Made by a program: the position numbers and the translations under genes. DNA of 63,690 nt, counting the filler, from Olpidium bornovanus S191 (lineage: Eukaryota; Fungi; Olpidiomycota): NCBI GenBank assembly GCA_017911155.1. It is 26 parts of 26 records of this genome, joined end to end, with 100 filler letters (N's around TTAATTAATTAA, not from the genome) between each part and the next. Parts side by side here need not be neighbours in the genome. Positions count along the whole stretch, not along the records: positions 1 to 4,796 come from JAEFCI010002679.1; positions 4,897 to 8,051 come from JAEFCI010003904.1; positions 8,152 to 9,707 come from JAEFCI010000858.1; positions 9,808 to 16,179 come from JAEFCI010006976.1; 22 more parts are not named here. One strand, 5' to 3'. Within the stretch, counting starts at the first letter, position 1; each line of letters begins with the position of its first letter. Below, in pieces: positions 1 to 11,000 of this stretch. The notes below the pieces were generated by a model. It did not search any database, was not told the origin of the DNA, and saw only the letters and a list, made by a program, of their open reading frames with translations.

Positions 1-30
1 CCCGCCTTTTCCCCCGGCTCCTGCGGGACG

Positions 31-33
<3 letters not shown>

Positions 34-77
<44 letters not shown>
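34..77. repeat. (AC)n microsatellite
   Basis: Pure AC dinucleotide run visible in the sequence. Confidence 0.95.
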
Positions 78-79
<2 letters not shown>

Positions 80-658
80 CTCGCCCGCCTTCGCTCGCCC
101 CGTCATTTCTCTCGTTTTTGTTTTTTTTTTTTTTTTCCTTCTCGGCGGGGACCACCCCGGACCCGTGAGAAAGGGGGGAAGGAGCCCCGGTGGGGCTGGG
201 GCGTGTGCGTGATGTGCGCGCTGCGGGAAGAAACCACCCCGGCGAAGTGCCGCGGGGGGGGGGCCAAAAGAAGAAAAAAAAAAAAAAAAAAAGCCTGCGC
301 GCGTGCGTATGTGCCTGTGTGACTATGGGGGGCCGCCCGCGTGACGGACGGGGGAAATGCCGGCAAATCTCGAGAGGTTTCGGATGGCGGCCGAAGGAAA
401 GAAGAAAAAAAAAAAAAGAAAAAAGGAAAAAAAAAAAAATTAATAACGCCAAAAAGGTGCCGGCCGGATTATTAAGCGCAGAGAGAAGCGGACCGAATCC
501 AATCATGCTCGGTGCGGAATTAAACAAAAAAAAAAATAAGAAAAGAGGCGGCGACAGAAAAAAAAGACGCGGTATCGTTTACCGCCCCCCGCCCCTGTCT
601 CACTCCCCCTGCGGCGGGAGCCCGAGGCATCCGTTCCCCCCCCCCCAACCCGTTTTCT

Positions 659-3600
659 TCACCACAAATCGACGCCGTCGGGCCACCGCTGGGCCTGCCT
701 GGCCTCCCAGTAGCCGCCCTTGTACACCCAGGCCGGGTTCCCGTCGACCGGGTCGCGGTCCTTCAGCTCGAACCACGCGGGGCGCCACGCCTCCCCGCGC
801 TCCTCCATGGCCCTGCGCGTCTCGCGCTGGCGCTCCTCGACGCGCCTCTTCTCGCCGTCCGCGGCGTCGACGTTCCCCTCCTCGAACAGCCGCACGTCCG
901 GCCGCAGCCGCGAGTCCGTGCGCGGGAGCCTGCCGCGCACGTCCGCCGTGATCTCGTTCAGCCCCGCCGCGAACGCCGTGAAGCCGTACCGCTGCTCCGC
1001 GTCCGGCGGCGGCGCCCGCGCCTGCCACAGGATCAGCAGCTGCGACGGCTCGATCTCGTGGTACAGCGCTTCGGACCACCGGCCCGTCACGCCCGTCGTC
1101 CGGCGGCTCTCGCCCAGCGTCACCGTCCCCGCCACCTCGTTCTTGGCGCTGCTGAAGAACCCCGACTCCTTGAACTGCAGGACGCACGCGTCTCCCGTGG
1201 CGTGGTTCACGATCCGCGCGTCGCCCACGTGCTCGAGGTACTTGTTCCCGCCGATCAGGTTCCGGAGCCACGTCGTCGGGAGCGTCCACGTGTAGTAGTC
1301 GCCCGACGCCTTCAACGCCAGGTGCACCGTTCCGAACGGAATCAGTTCCTGCGGGACGAACCGGAACGGACATCGAACCGAAACGTCAGCCGTGCGTGAT
1401 ACGTGGCGGCAAAACCGAGAGCGTCGCCTCCAGTTCCGTGGGAAAAAAAAAGAATAATTTTTAGGCCGCCTCACCACGGATTTTCCCCAGAACTTCGTCT
1501 TTACTCGAGAATCGTGCCAGTACACCCAGTCCTCTGACTCGGCGTGGCACTACGCGGGGTTAAATCACCGGCCGGTTTTCCGATTACTCGACGAAATGAG
1601 TCGACGCGGTCCAAAAGCGCGAGACTTGGAACCGAGATATGAGCCGACCTACCGCCGCTATTACGGGATTGTGGCTGACTTTCTCGGCTATGAAACGGAA
1701 GCCTACCGGAAAAAAAAAAAAAAAAAAAGAGCTGTAGGCGAAGGGGAGCGGAGGAGGGAGGCGCGGAATACGCCGACGGCGTCCCTCGACCGTCCGCGCC
1801 GATCACGGACTGCTCACCTTTGTCTTCTCGCACGAGCTCGTACGTCTCGCCGAGCATGGGATTGAACGGCTTCCGTTCGCTCCGCCCGCTCGCGTAGCCC
1901 GACACGACGAACGCGGCGACGTAGAGCATCCGGGTCGCCGAGTCCGGCTGCGCGCACGCCTTGTCGAGCAGCTCCGAGTACTCGAGGCTCTCCGCCAGCT
2001 TCTGCAGCAGCGTGATGGGCTCGTTGGTGCTGACGGGCATGGATAGGGTCGAAAAGTCCTTGCCGACGTTTTTCCGCAGGATCGACACCATCGAGACCGT
2101 TTCGGCGCAGGTGGGAGCGGGCAGGAAGCACCGCCGCTGGACCGGAGCCGCGGAAAACGACGCCCGGACGGGCACCGCGGTCGGCGGCGCGGCGGCGGCG
2201 GCGGCGGTTCCCGAGGCGTTCGGTATGCGGCCGACCGCCGACTCGGCAGACCTTCTGCTGAAACTTTCGGTCGGGAGGAGGTCTTCCTCGTCCTCGTCGG
2301 CCTCGTCCTCGTCGTCTTCCTCCTCCAGCGCCTCGGGAACATCGCCGCCCTCCTCCCCCGAGCTGTCCTCCTCCAGAACGATCTCCTCGGCGTCGAAAAA
2401 CTCGTCGTCCCCGGCGACATTGTTTAGCGAAGGCTCGCGCGACGCGCGGCCCTCGCTCGTTCCACCCGCCGGCGGTTTCCCAGAGGCGGGAGGTCCTGAA
2501 CCGTGGAACGTGGCCAGGAAGTCACAAGGGAACACTGCCGACGCCGGGGAAAGCGTCGCCGGAGCCGGGTAGGGGCCGGGAACGAAAGACGACGCCGAAA
2601 ACACTTCCTGGGAGAACAACGAACCGGGGAGCGACCCGGAATCCGACAGTGCGGCGGCCCCGGCAGGGGACGCGGACTGGGTGATCCTGTGCAGGGCCGC
2701 CTCCGCTTCCCTTCGTTTTTCCAACTCCTCCCGGAGAAGTTCAGCTACGCGGTCCTGCGCTCGCTTCAGATCAGACAGCGCGGACAATATCTCGCCGTGA
2801 CATTCTGCAGCGGGCGACGGCGCGGCTGAGTTCGCGGCTGACGGTTTTGTTGATGTGGCAAATCAGCTTCCACGACGCAAGGGATGAGCCGAGGCAGGAA
2901 CGGACGTTTGGGCAGCATACGTGCAAAACAATCACATACACTTCGATCCCGAACCGGCCGCTTTTTTCAGGAGCTTCAGTCTCCCCTGATCTCCTGGCGA
3001 GCTCGCCGCACGTGACCTGCCGGTCGGCGACGGGTCTTTCAGGTGCGCGTTTTTCTCGGGCGCGGGGGCCGGTTGCGATCGCAACAGCTTGGCTGCCGTC
3101 TGAACGACGTTCTCGTGCCGGTCTTTCAAGTGGTTGATCGCCAGCGATACCTCTTCCTGGGGCTCGTTGCCGTCGGCGCGCCGGACCGCGACCTTCCGCA
3201 AGCCGGAGGCGCACTTGATGTCCACTGACGCCGGCTGCTCGCCGGCCGGGAAGGCGTCGACCAAAAGGTCGTGTGAAGTGGGCGACGACCGGCAACTCCG
3301 CGCCGGGTCACCTGCCAGGGTCCCGCTCGCATAATACTTCCGTATCACGCTCATCCACGCTTCGTTGTCCTTCTGGGTCAGGCACTTGAGGTGATACACC
3401 GTGCTGCCGGAGTCGATGTGGATCAGGCGCTGAGGCGGGTGCACGGACACCACGGAGAAGGCGATCTGGATGGACCCGCGGCAGTAAGCTCCCGGGGATT
3501 TGTAATAGCTGAGCACGCCCTTGTCGAGCTGGAACCACCGCTTTGCCCACCCTTGCATTTTTTTTCGCTTCTTCTTCAGCAGCCAGCCGGAAATTTCCGC

Positions 3601-4609
3601 CGTCCCTTCGTCCTCCGGCGGACCTGCGGGGGGTTGAAATTCAGACCTCCGCCTTTGAGTGCTCTGACGCCGTGGTGCAGGCGGGCTTTTGCAGCGTCAC
3701 CACCGTATCCGCCGAGCAGGAGAGGGGAAGGGGGGAGGGAAGGGGGGCGCGTTTTGCAAAAGCCGACTCACCGTCCTTGATGGCGACGAAGAACGTCACC
3801 CGCTTGCTGGTGTTCCTCGAAAACGTGTTGTCGAAAACCAGCACGAACACGCCGTTCTCCTCGGTGATCTTGTGAGAGCCCTTTATGGTCGACGTCGCCG
3901 AGTGGTATCTCTCTATCCGGCGGATGCAGACCATGTCAAGGTCCCTCGGGGACCAGGCGGGCCTCCTCCGCGGGCACAGGGTTCCCTGGGGCAACCTGGG
4001 GGCGTCGGCGGCGCCTCCGCCGTGCCCCGCGCCTGGCTGGACGACGGGGTCGTCGGCGTCCGTCGCGCTGCCCGGCGAGGTGTCCTGGTGACCGGGCCCC
4101 GGTTCGCTCTGTCCTGGCGGCGACTTCGGCTGGCCGCCGCCGCCGCCGGACGACGAGGACGCCGAGCCCCTGACCACGAACGTCAGCGAATTGTTTATGG
4201 TCGTCGAGACCAACGCGGCGAGGTTGCGCGAGTTCGACCCGGCGCGGCTGCGGGCCGGCAAGCCGCCTGGGGGGGAGGTTTGCGCCGGCGCCGGCGCCGC
4301 CGACGACGACGTGGACGACTGGTGGTGCTGGTGACGCTGGTGCTGCTGGCGCGGCTGCAGCGGCTGCGGCGGCGGCGGCTGCGGCGTCGACGGCGCACAA
4401 GGAGAGTCCGTCGGCGACGACCCCGCGGAGATGAACACGTTCGAGGAGGTCGCCGCTGTGGGCAGCTTGCCGTTCTTAAAGTACAGGCCGAAGGATATGT
4501 TCTTGCGCTTCGTGGAAAACCACCACACCAGGGTCTTCCCCTGCTGGTCGGGCGGGACGGCCACGTAGTGCTGCAGCAGGTCCCGCGGCGAGATCTCGAC
4601 CTCCTGCAT
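659..4609 (-). CDS. OSH3: Oxysterol-binding protein homolog, Osh3-type (GOLD + PH + Oxysterol_BP), multi-exon
   Basis: Start MQEVEISPRDLLQHYV..WWFSTKRKNISFGLYF; GOLD second half GVFVLVFDNTFSRNTSKRVTFFV; PH GWAKRWFQLDKGVLSYYK; ORD SMVSILRKNVGKDFSTLSMPVSTNEPITLLQKLAE, KPFNPMLGETYEL, WHDSRVKTKFWGKS, LPRTDSRLRPDVRLFEEG, GGYWEAR; stop at 659-661. Exon boundaries not all resolved. Confidence 0.92.
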
Positions 4610-4731
4610 TATGTGCTTTTTCTTTTCTTTTCTCAAGCGGACGGTGGGCGGGGCTGGAGCGCGGGGCGGCGGTTGCGAAGAAGAAAACGGCGAAGAAAGA
4701 GGAGGTGGAAGAGGAGGAAGAGGGGAAGAAG

Positions 4732-4790
<59 letters not shown>

Positions 4791-4796
4791 ACTCGG

Positions 4797-4896
4797 NNNN
4801 NNNNNNNNNNNNNNNNNNNNNNNNNNNNNNNNNNNNNNNNTTAATTAATTAANNNNNNNNNNNNNNNNNNNNNNNNNNNNNNNNNNNNNNNNNNNN
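4797..4896. other. Artificial contig spacer (44N-TTAATTAATTAA-44N), first of 25 identical ones
   Basis: Same 100-bp spacer starts at 4797, 8052, 9708, 16180, 18166, 19569, 20854, 22670, 25605, 31120, 33248, 36595, 39107, 40332, 42404, 44801, 46936, 48911, 52707, 54922, 56063, 57208, 58848, 60766, 62368. The 12-mer gives stops in all six frames. Confidence 0.98.
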
Positions 4897-5360
4897 AGGC
4901 GGTGCTACAGGGCGGGAAGGGCGCTATTTATGCCCGTCGACCGGCGAGGCCGGATGACAGCAGAGTCCGTCCCTTCGTCCGCGCGGTCGTGGGCTCGGTC
5001 GCGGTTCCTCTCCCATGCGGTCATCGTCCACATGCGGGGTCCCGTGTTCACGCGGTTGCGCGCAGGGGCAGTCTCTTTTGCAAAGGGGAGGATGTGGTTG
5101 GCGGTGGGGTCCGCGTGTGGCGTTGCTATGGGAGGGGGGGCTATTCGATTGGTCGGGCCACGGGTCATGTGACCATCGCGTCCCCGCCTCCGAGTCCTCC
5201 GCCCGCCGCCCGCCGCTGCGCCATCTTTGGCGTCCTCCTTGGCTTTGGGCGGCGGTCGGGGCTGCGAACCGTGCCACAGCACACTATTGGCCAATGGGGA
5301 GTGTTGTGATCCACGTGGCCTACGGGAATATCCAATAGGCCATGGTTCATGTGTACACCG

Positions 5361-6176
5361 TCATGAGGTCTGCCATGGGGACCCCTCCCTCAGCTGTGGC
5401 AGCCCTTCCTCTGCCATGGAAGGCGTCATGGGCAGAGGGGCCATTGAGGGATATATAAGGAGAGCCTCTTTACGTTTCCCCTCCGGTTTACTCACTAAGC
5501 ACACTAAGCACACTAAGCACAATGAAAACGTCGGCTCCCCGGATCTTCGGTAGATTTTCACGTCCGGGTCCGTGTCGTCCAATGTATCGTATATTACCAG
5601 GATAGTTTCTTTATCTTTAACAGACCACAGTTTGACGAGGTCTTCCAGTCTCTCTTCTGATACGCCAAATTTGGAAGTCCCCTGAATTTTTCCCGTGATC
5701 AAGTTGTACCACCTGGCTTGCGTGAACAGACCCTTGTCGCGCACGAAAACGATAACGAGTCTGTTTATCCGGTTGACAATTTGCGACCAGATGAAAAATC
5801 GGGGAGTGTGGTACATTGGCAGTTCTACGATGCGTTTGAGGAAGATCTCGTATAGTTGCCAACGGAGAGGTATCCTATCGCGTACGACGGACAAGAGGCA
5901 TCCGTACGGGAACGTTATTTCGAATCGGGTCATTGACGTGCTCTTTGTCTTCCAGAAGTCGACGATGAAAGCTGGAGATAGCCCGGCGAACATTTGTCCG
6001 ATCAGGGTTCCGTACAGTTTCCTTATTGCGCAGCTCGTGAGCATCTGGTGGTCCTTGTTGTATAGCTTGCAGCGGATTTTGTTTTTGGCGTCGTCAGTCT
6101 CGTACCATACGATGCAGTGCTCTCCGAGTTTTTTCGGCTCGAGTACGATATTCTCTTCAAGCATCAAAATAAGCAT
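5361..6176 (-). CDS. Intronless orphan ORF, candidate Rep_trans-like rolling-circle initiator fragment
   Basis: About 270 aa open from MLILMLEENIV; globular, protein-like composition; motifs KIRCKLYNKDHQML (~6052-6080) and SMTRFEITF (~5912-5935). Function is inference. Confidence 0.5.
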   Translation of the reverse strand: MLILMLEENIVLEPKKLGEHCIVWYETDDAKNKIRCKLYNKDHQMLTSCAIRKLYGTLIGQMFAGLSPAFIVDFWKTKSTSMTRFEITFPYGCLLSVVRDRIPLRWQLYEIFLKRIVELPMYHTPRFFIWSQIVNRINRLVIVFVRDKGLFTQARWYNLITGKIQGTSKFGVSEERLEDLVKLWSVKDKETILVIYDTLDDTDPDVKIYRRSGEPTFSLCLVCLVCLVSKPEGKRKEALLIYPSMAPLPMTPSMAEEGLPQLREGSPWQTS

Positions 6177-6935
6177 CAAAACACAACAACGGACAGGCTC
6201 CGGTTTACAACAAAATCGACTTTCCCGCCGCCGCAACGACACTAAACCGAAAACGGGGAAGGCCGGGTTGGTCAACGATGGGCGGGAGAACGCGGCGGAG
6301 GAAAGCAAGAGGGCGTTCCTCGTATGCGCCGGGATGAGAAACAAAAAAAAAAAAAAAAAAAAAACCAGGCCAACCGGGGGCCCCTGAGGGAGGGTGGTCA
6401 CGGCGACAACGGCCAACCGGAGAGACCCGCGCGTGGACAGCGTTCCCGGCGGCCGGTCACCAAAAAGGCGACGAGCGCCCGCATTGGTAAAATTCAAAAA
6501 AAGGCCCCCACCCCATTGTGCGGGTGGTTGGTCCGCAAGTGCATTCTGCGAGGGAGTGTCAGGAACAGTGGTAGTGACGCAAATGCCGTGGCAGCAGAAG
6601 GGAAATCACTATTGCGGTTGTTCTTCATGTAAGGTTGCCTGCTTTGAGGAAAATCTCCATGTTACCGATTGTATTAATTTTCACCTTTCAATCATCACGT
6701 ATAACTTTCGGCAGCCTAATGAAAGCCACATGGGATCTGCCAGTTCAGCCCGAACAAATGCTTGCAGCCTGCTAAGTCGACGACGCATAAAAAGGGAGTT
6801 TCAGTCGAGTGGGTAATTTGCACGACAGAGTTAATGACAATAAACCAATGGTGTTATCCTGCTAAAAGTTATGTCGATGGGCAAAAATCGCGGTGGCGTC
6901 CGTCTTTGCATCTCCGTTAGTACTTCGATTCTCCT

Positions 6936-8029
6936 TCATAATCCAGCGATTTTTTCCGGTATTTCCGACTCGTCGTACGGCCACTGCTGGCCGTTGGGAA
7001 GATGGCGTAAGTCTGGTGGAGGGTCCTCGCGGGGCGGGGGCGGCATCAGCATCTTCTCGTCTGCCTGCCCGACCGAGCTACCCATTGTTCCATCGGTGGT
7101 GATCACTCCGGATGGTTCCTCCGGAGTCCTTTCGTCCACAAAGTCGTCCGGATTGTCGACGGGAGTCTCGAGCTCGAAGGGGGCAGGATATGCTGCGGAG
7201 TTGACGGTGAGCGAACGCAGGTTGCCCCGGGACTGGCCGACATTCTCGCCCGCTCTTAAGTCCGCGTCAGAAGATGGCTCGACCTCCAGTTCGTCAACCA
7301 TGCCGCCTGCCCGTATCAGGCTGCGAATGCTCTGCCGTTTCGTCGGGACGTGCCGCTCCGCCTGGGCGAGCGGGATGGAATTCCGCAATTCGCCGCTCAC
7401 CCCGAGCTCGGCGTCCCCCGGACTGAGCGGATCTAAAAACGTGACAGCAGACTCAAATCTGACCTGGATCGTGGCTTTCAGCTGCAACGCGAGTCGCCAA
7501 CATCAATGTACTGCGGGTCAAGATTCATGTATTTTGTACTTTTGCAAAGACGTCCCTCGAGCTTCCACATTTTGGTCGGGTCCCGCGGGAGCCACAACTT
7601 GCTCGGGAGACACTTGACGAGTGCGGTTGGCCGATATGTCTGATTACGTATACGCTCTTGTAATTCCTGTTTGTCCCACCTGGCCATCGCCTCCTCGTCG
7701 TCCAACTCCGAGTCCGTCGGCATCTGCGGCCGCAGTTGCTGTCGCAGTGACTCCCTCGACTGGTAGTTCACAAGGCGCTGTAAGGACTCCGTCAAAAACG
7801 CTAGGCCTTCCGGCCCGTTTGGCATTACACCGTTGGCGCCCGTCCCAACCAATGGCCCCGTTTCTGGCAGCACGTTGCTCGCATCACTGACGAACGTCAA
7901 CGGTAAGGCGTCCGATCGCTTCCGGAAGGCCTTGGTGCAGTATACCTTGAAGGCCAGTGTAAGGACAACAAGAAAGGAGGAAAAACCGGCATTTGTTATC
8001 GCGGATCGCAGAGCAAAAATGCCAGTCAT
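6936..8029 (-). CDS. Two overlapping 183-aa orphan ORFs (7478-8029 and 6936-7487), possibly one spliced or frameshifted gene
   Basis: Both frames open and protein-like (LTESLQRLVNYQSRESLRQQL; acidic Pro-rich second half); they overlap by 10 nt; no family recognised. Confidence 0.35.
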
Positions 8030-11000
8030 CGTAAGCTATGCGGAATTCATGNNNNNNNNNNNNNNNNNNNNNNNNNNNNNNNNNNNNNNNNNNNNTTAAT
8101 TAATTAANNNNNNNNNNNNNNNNNNNNNNNNNNNNNNNNNNNNNNNNNNNNCATGAGTTGCACCCACCACACCAATGTTACGAACGGGATGCGCGACTGC
8201 CCTATACCGCGCGAACGGTTACCTTAGAACTTTTGAACCAAAGCCCAAAATGGCCCCGGCGAAAGAGCTCAGCGACCGAAAGTCAACGCACTACGGCTCG
8301 GCCCCGTCGTGCGCTGTGTACATACAGTCGTGTCGGTTTGGGGGTGGTGGGTGAGGTCGGGTGGGGGGTAAGCTTGGGTTTTATCTCGGTGATTTCCGAT
8401 CGTTATTTGGGTGACAAAAAGGAGCGGCCCATTCCCTCCCCACATGGGGAGGAAGAAAAAGTGCAAAAGATAACAGCGGTTGATGAAGTCGGGAAGAGCT
8501 ATGCAGGGACCGGAGCGTCTGGGGCCATCGAGCAGGGTTCGAAAGAATTCAACCAGAGTTCAAAGGCTTGGAGATTCTCTTGATTGGGTGGGGAGGGGAG
8601 GGCCGCGGTACCTCCTTTTCAGCGAAATTTGCGACACATCGCCCTCCCGCCGCCGACGGCAAAAAGAAAACGGGCGTCGCAACGAGTTTTTTTGAAATGC
8701 GTCCCCAGTAGCAGCCCCCCAGCCACCCCGGGTCCCCAGTTCCCCTCATTTTTTTTGTGGGTTTCGCATTTCCATTTTGGGGGGGCCGAGGGAGGGGGGA
8801 ATGAAGGACAGATCGAGCACGTGACGCCACGTAAGCGCGCACGCGGCACCGGCGCGGTGGAATTTAATCACGCGCCAAAAGGCGCGCGTCGGCCCCGAAA
8901 ACGCGCGCTTCGTCTGACCCCCCGCCCCCGAATGGTTCTGCGTCCCCCCCCTCCCCCCACCCACCAACACACACACACACACATCCATCGCTCTTCCCCC
9001 CTCTCCGGCCCATTCCTGACCGGCACTGAGGCTGAACTGAGCAGAAGGGGCACCGAGGATGCCGCAGTCCGAAGGCACAAGCGCGTTTCTAACGTGTGCG
9101 CGGTGAACTTAGGGGACGCGGTCCGCGACTCACGCGCCCAGGGAACGGGGTTCGCTGGGGGAAGGCCGCCGGGAGCCAACGAGACGTGGAGGAGACTGGT
9201 GGCGCGGAAGAGAAAAGAAAGAAAAAAAAATAAAGGGTGTGTGTGTGGGTGGGTGGGGGGGGGGGGGGGGGGGGGGGGAAGGTGGAGTACGAGAAAAGTA
9301 GCGGAGACAAAAAACGCGATTATCCCCTTCTCAAATCGCCTTTCAACTCGCTTTTCGTGGACGCGCCCAGGTGTCGTTGAACCCGTTTCGGTTACGATCG
9401 CTGAGGAGACAACGTCCGCCGCCTTGCGGCCGGGTCCGTCGCTTTACATCGATTTAAACCCGGATTCCCGCTTATTAATTGGGAGGGGGAGGGTGGGGTG
9501 GGATTGTAGAATAAAGGGGCACCGAGCGCACCAGCCTGCGTTATGTTACCCTGCGTAGAACCTTTAGTTATCGCCATATAAAATAAGGCCAGAGGAAACT
9601 AGTAAACAAACGCCCCGAACACAGAATACAGTTCTCCTTCCTTTCCGCCGTTCTTTCAGACTCGCGGCGCATCTTCGCCTTCTTTTTCGTCTCGGCTCCA
9701 ACAGGGGNNNNNNNNNNNNNNNNNNNNNNNNNNNNNNNNNNNNNNNNNNNNTTAATTAATTAANNNNNNNNNNNNNNNNNNNNNNNNNNNNNNNNNNNNN
9801 NNNNNNNCGATTGGCGGGCTTTGAGGGGGGAAGTGGGGAAGCGCTCTTCGATTGGCGGGCTTCGAGGGGGACTATTCTATTGGTCGGCCCCTGGGTTCGG
9901 GGGCCGTCCTGCCCTCGATCCCGCTGCCGCCTCCGCCCTTCGGCCGCCTCTCGCCCTTTGCCCTGCGCCCTTCGCCCGCCGCCCCTCGCCCGCCGCCCTT
10001 CGCCCGCCGCCTGCCTTCCGTGGCGTCGGTCAAGGGCGACGGTTCGAGGGCCGTGCTACAGCACACAATCCCCGATCGGTTTGTTGCAGCAGATGCATGC
10101 TGTCGAGAAGAGTTTGCCTGCGTTGACTGTTCACCGATTGAACGTGTCCCCACTCCACAGTTGTCGAAAGAAAGCCAAAAGTGCTCCGTTTTGAGACGTT
10201 TTTGCGTCGTTCTCAGCCGCCCGGCCGGCAATCGTTTTATAACTTTGCGGGAAGGTGTGTGGGCGAGCGGTGCGGGGGTTTCCCCAAGTTTCGTGGGAAT
10301 CGGTGCGGTGGGGGCTGAGAAATCGCAGAAAAGCACAGGAAGGCGGAGAAAGGCGCAGTGAAGGTTGGGAGAGGATAAGGGAAGGCGGTAGAGAGGCACA
10401 GAAGAAGAATACAGGCAATAATAGTGCGAAAGACAACGAACTCGACAATATAATGGCGCAAAGAAGCGAAATATGATATCCAAGATATCATCTACAATAT
10501 GGTGAAGGTTCCAGACAGCTCGAGCTCGGAGAGGAATCGCTGCTTCCACGCGATCCAGCCACCACCACACTGGAGCGCATTATCCCAAATGGGAGTCGTG
10601 CGGACGCGGCGGCCGTGGGGGACGACACGGGAAACGCCGGTCAAGCCTCCAGCCCAGTTGCGGGCCCTCGGGGACGGCGAACGCTCTGTCCGTTTGCGTA
10701 TAGGGGGTAGCGGACGGGGTAGAGGACCGAGTACGAACGCTCCAAATCGCCCTCTCGTACTAAGTGACTTGACATACAAGAATGTATGTGCACTATTGTA
10801 ACCGGGGCCACGGTGCCGCTCAGATTTCCGCGGCAGTGAGAGAGCTCCAGCGAGCACGCCATGCTCCTTTCGTGAGGGCGTCAGGGCAGTGAGAGAGCTA
10901 CAGCGAGCACGCCCACCCCCCGCCCCCTTTTGTGAGGGCGTCAGCAGGGTTGAGCTCCGACGGAACAACGGTCGACGACAATCTTCGACGCCCTGACGTG

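Noticed and set aside
4841-4852. Regularly recurring TTAATTAATTAA separated by unique sequence (CRISPR-like appearance)
   Set aside because: It is an assembly linker embedded in N runs; the intervening pieces are kilobase eukaryotic contigs.
8152-9707. Possible exons (ENLQAFELWLNSFEP and AILGFGSKVL on the minus strand)
   Set aside because: Could not build a consistent gene model or recognise a family.
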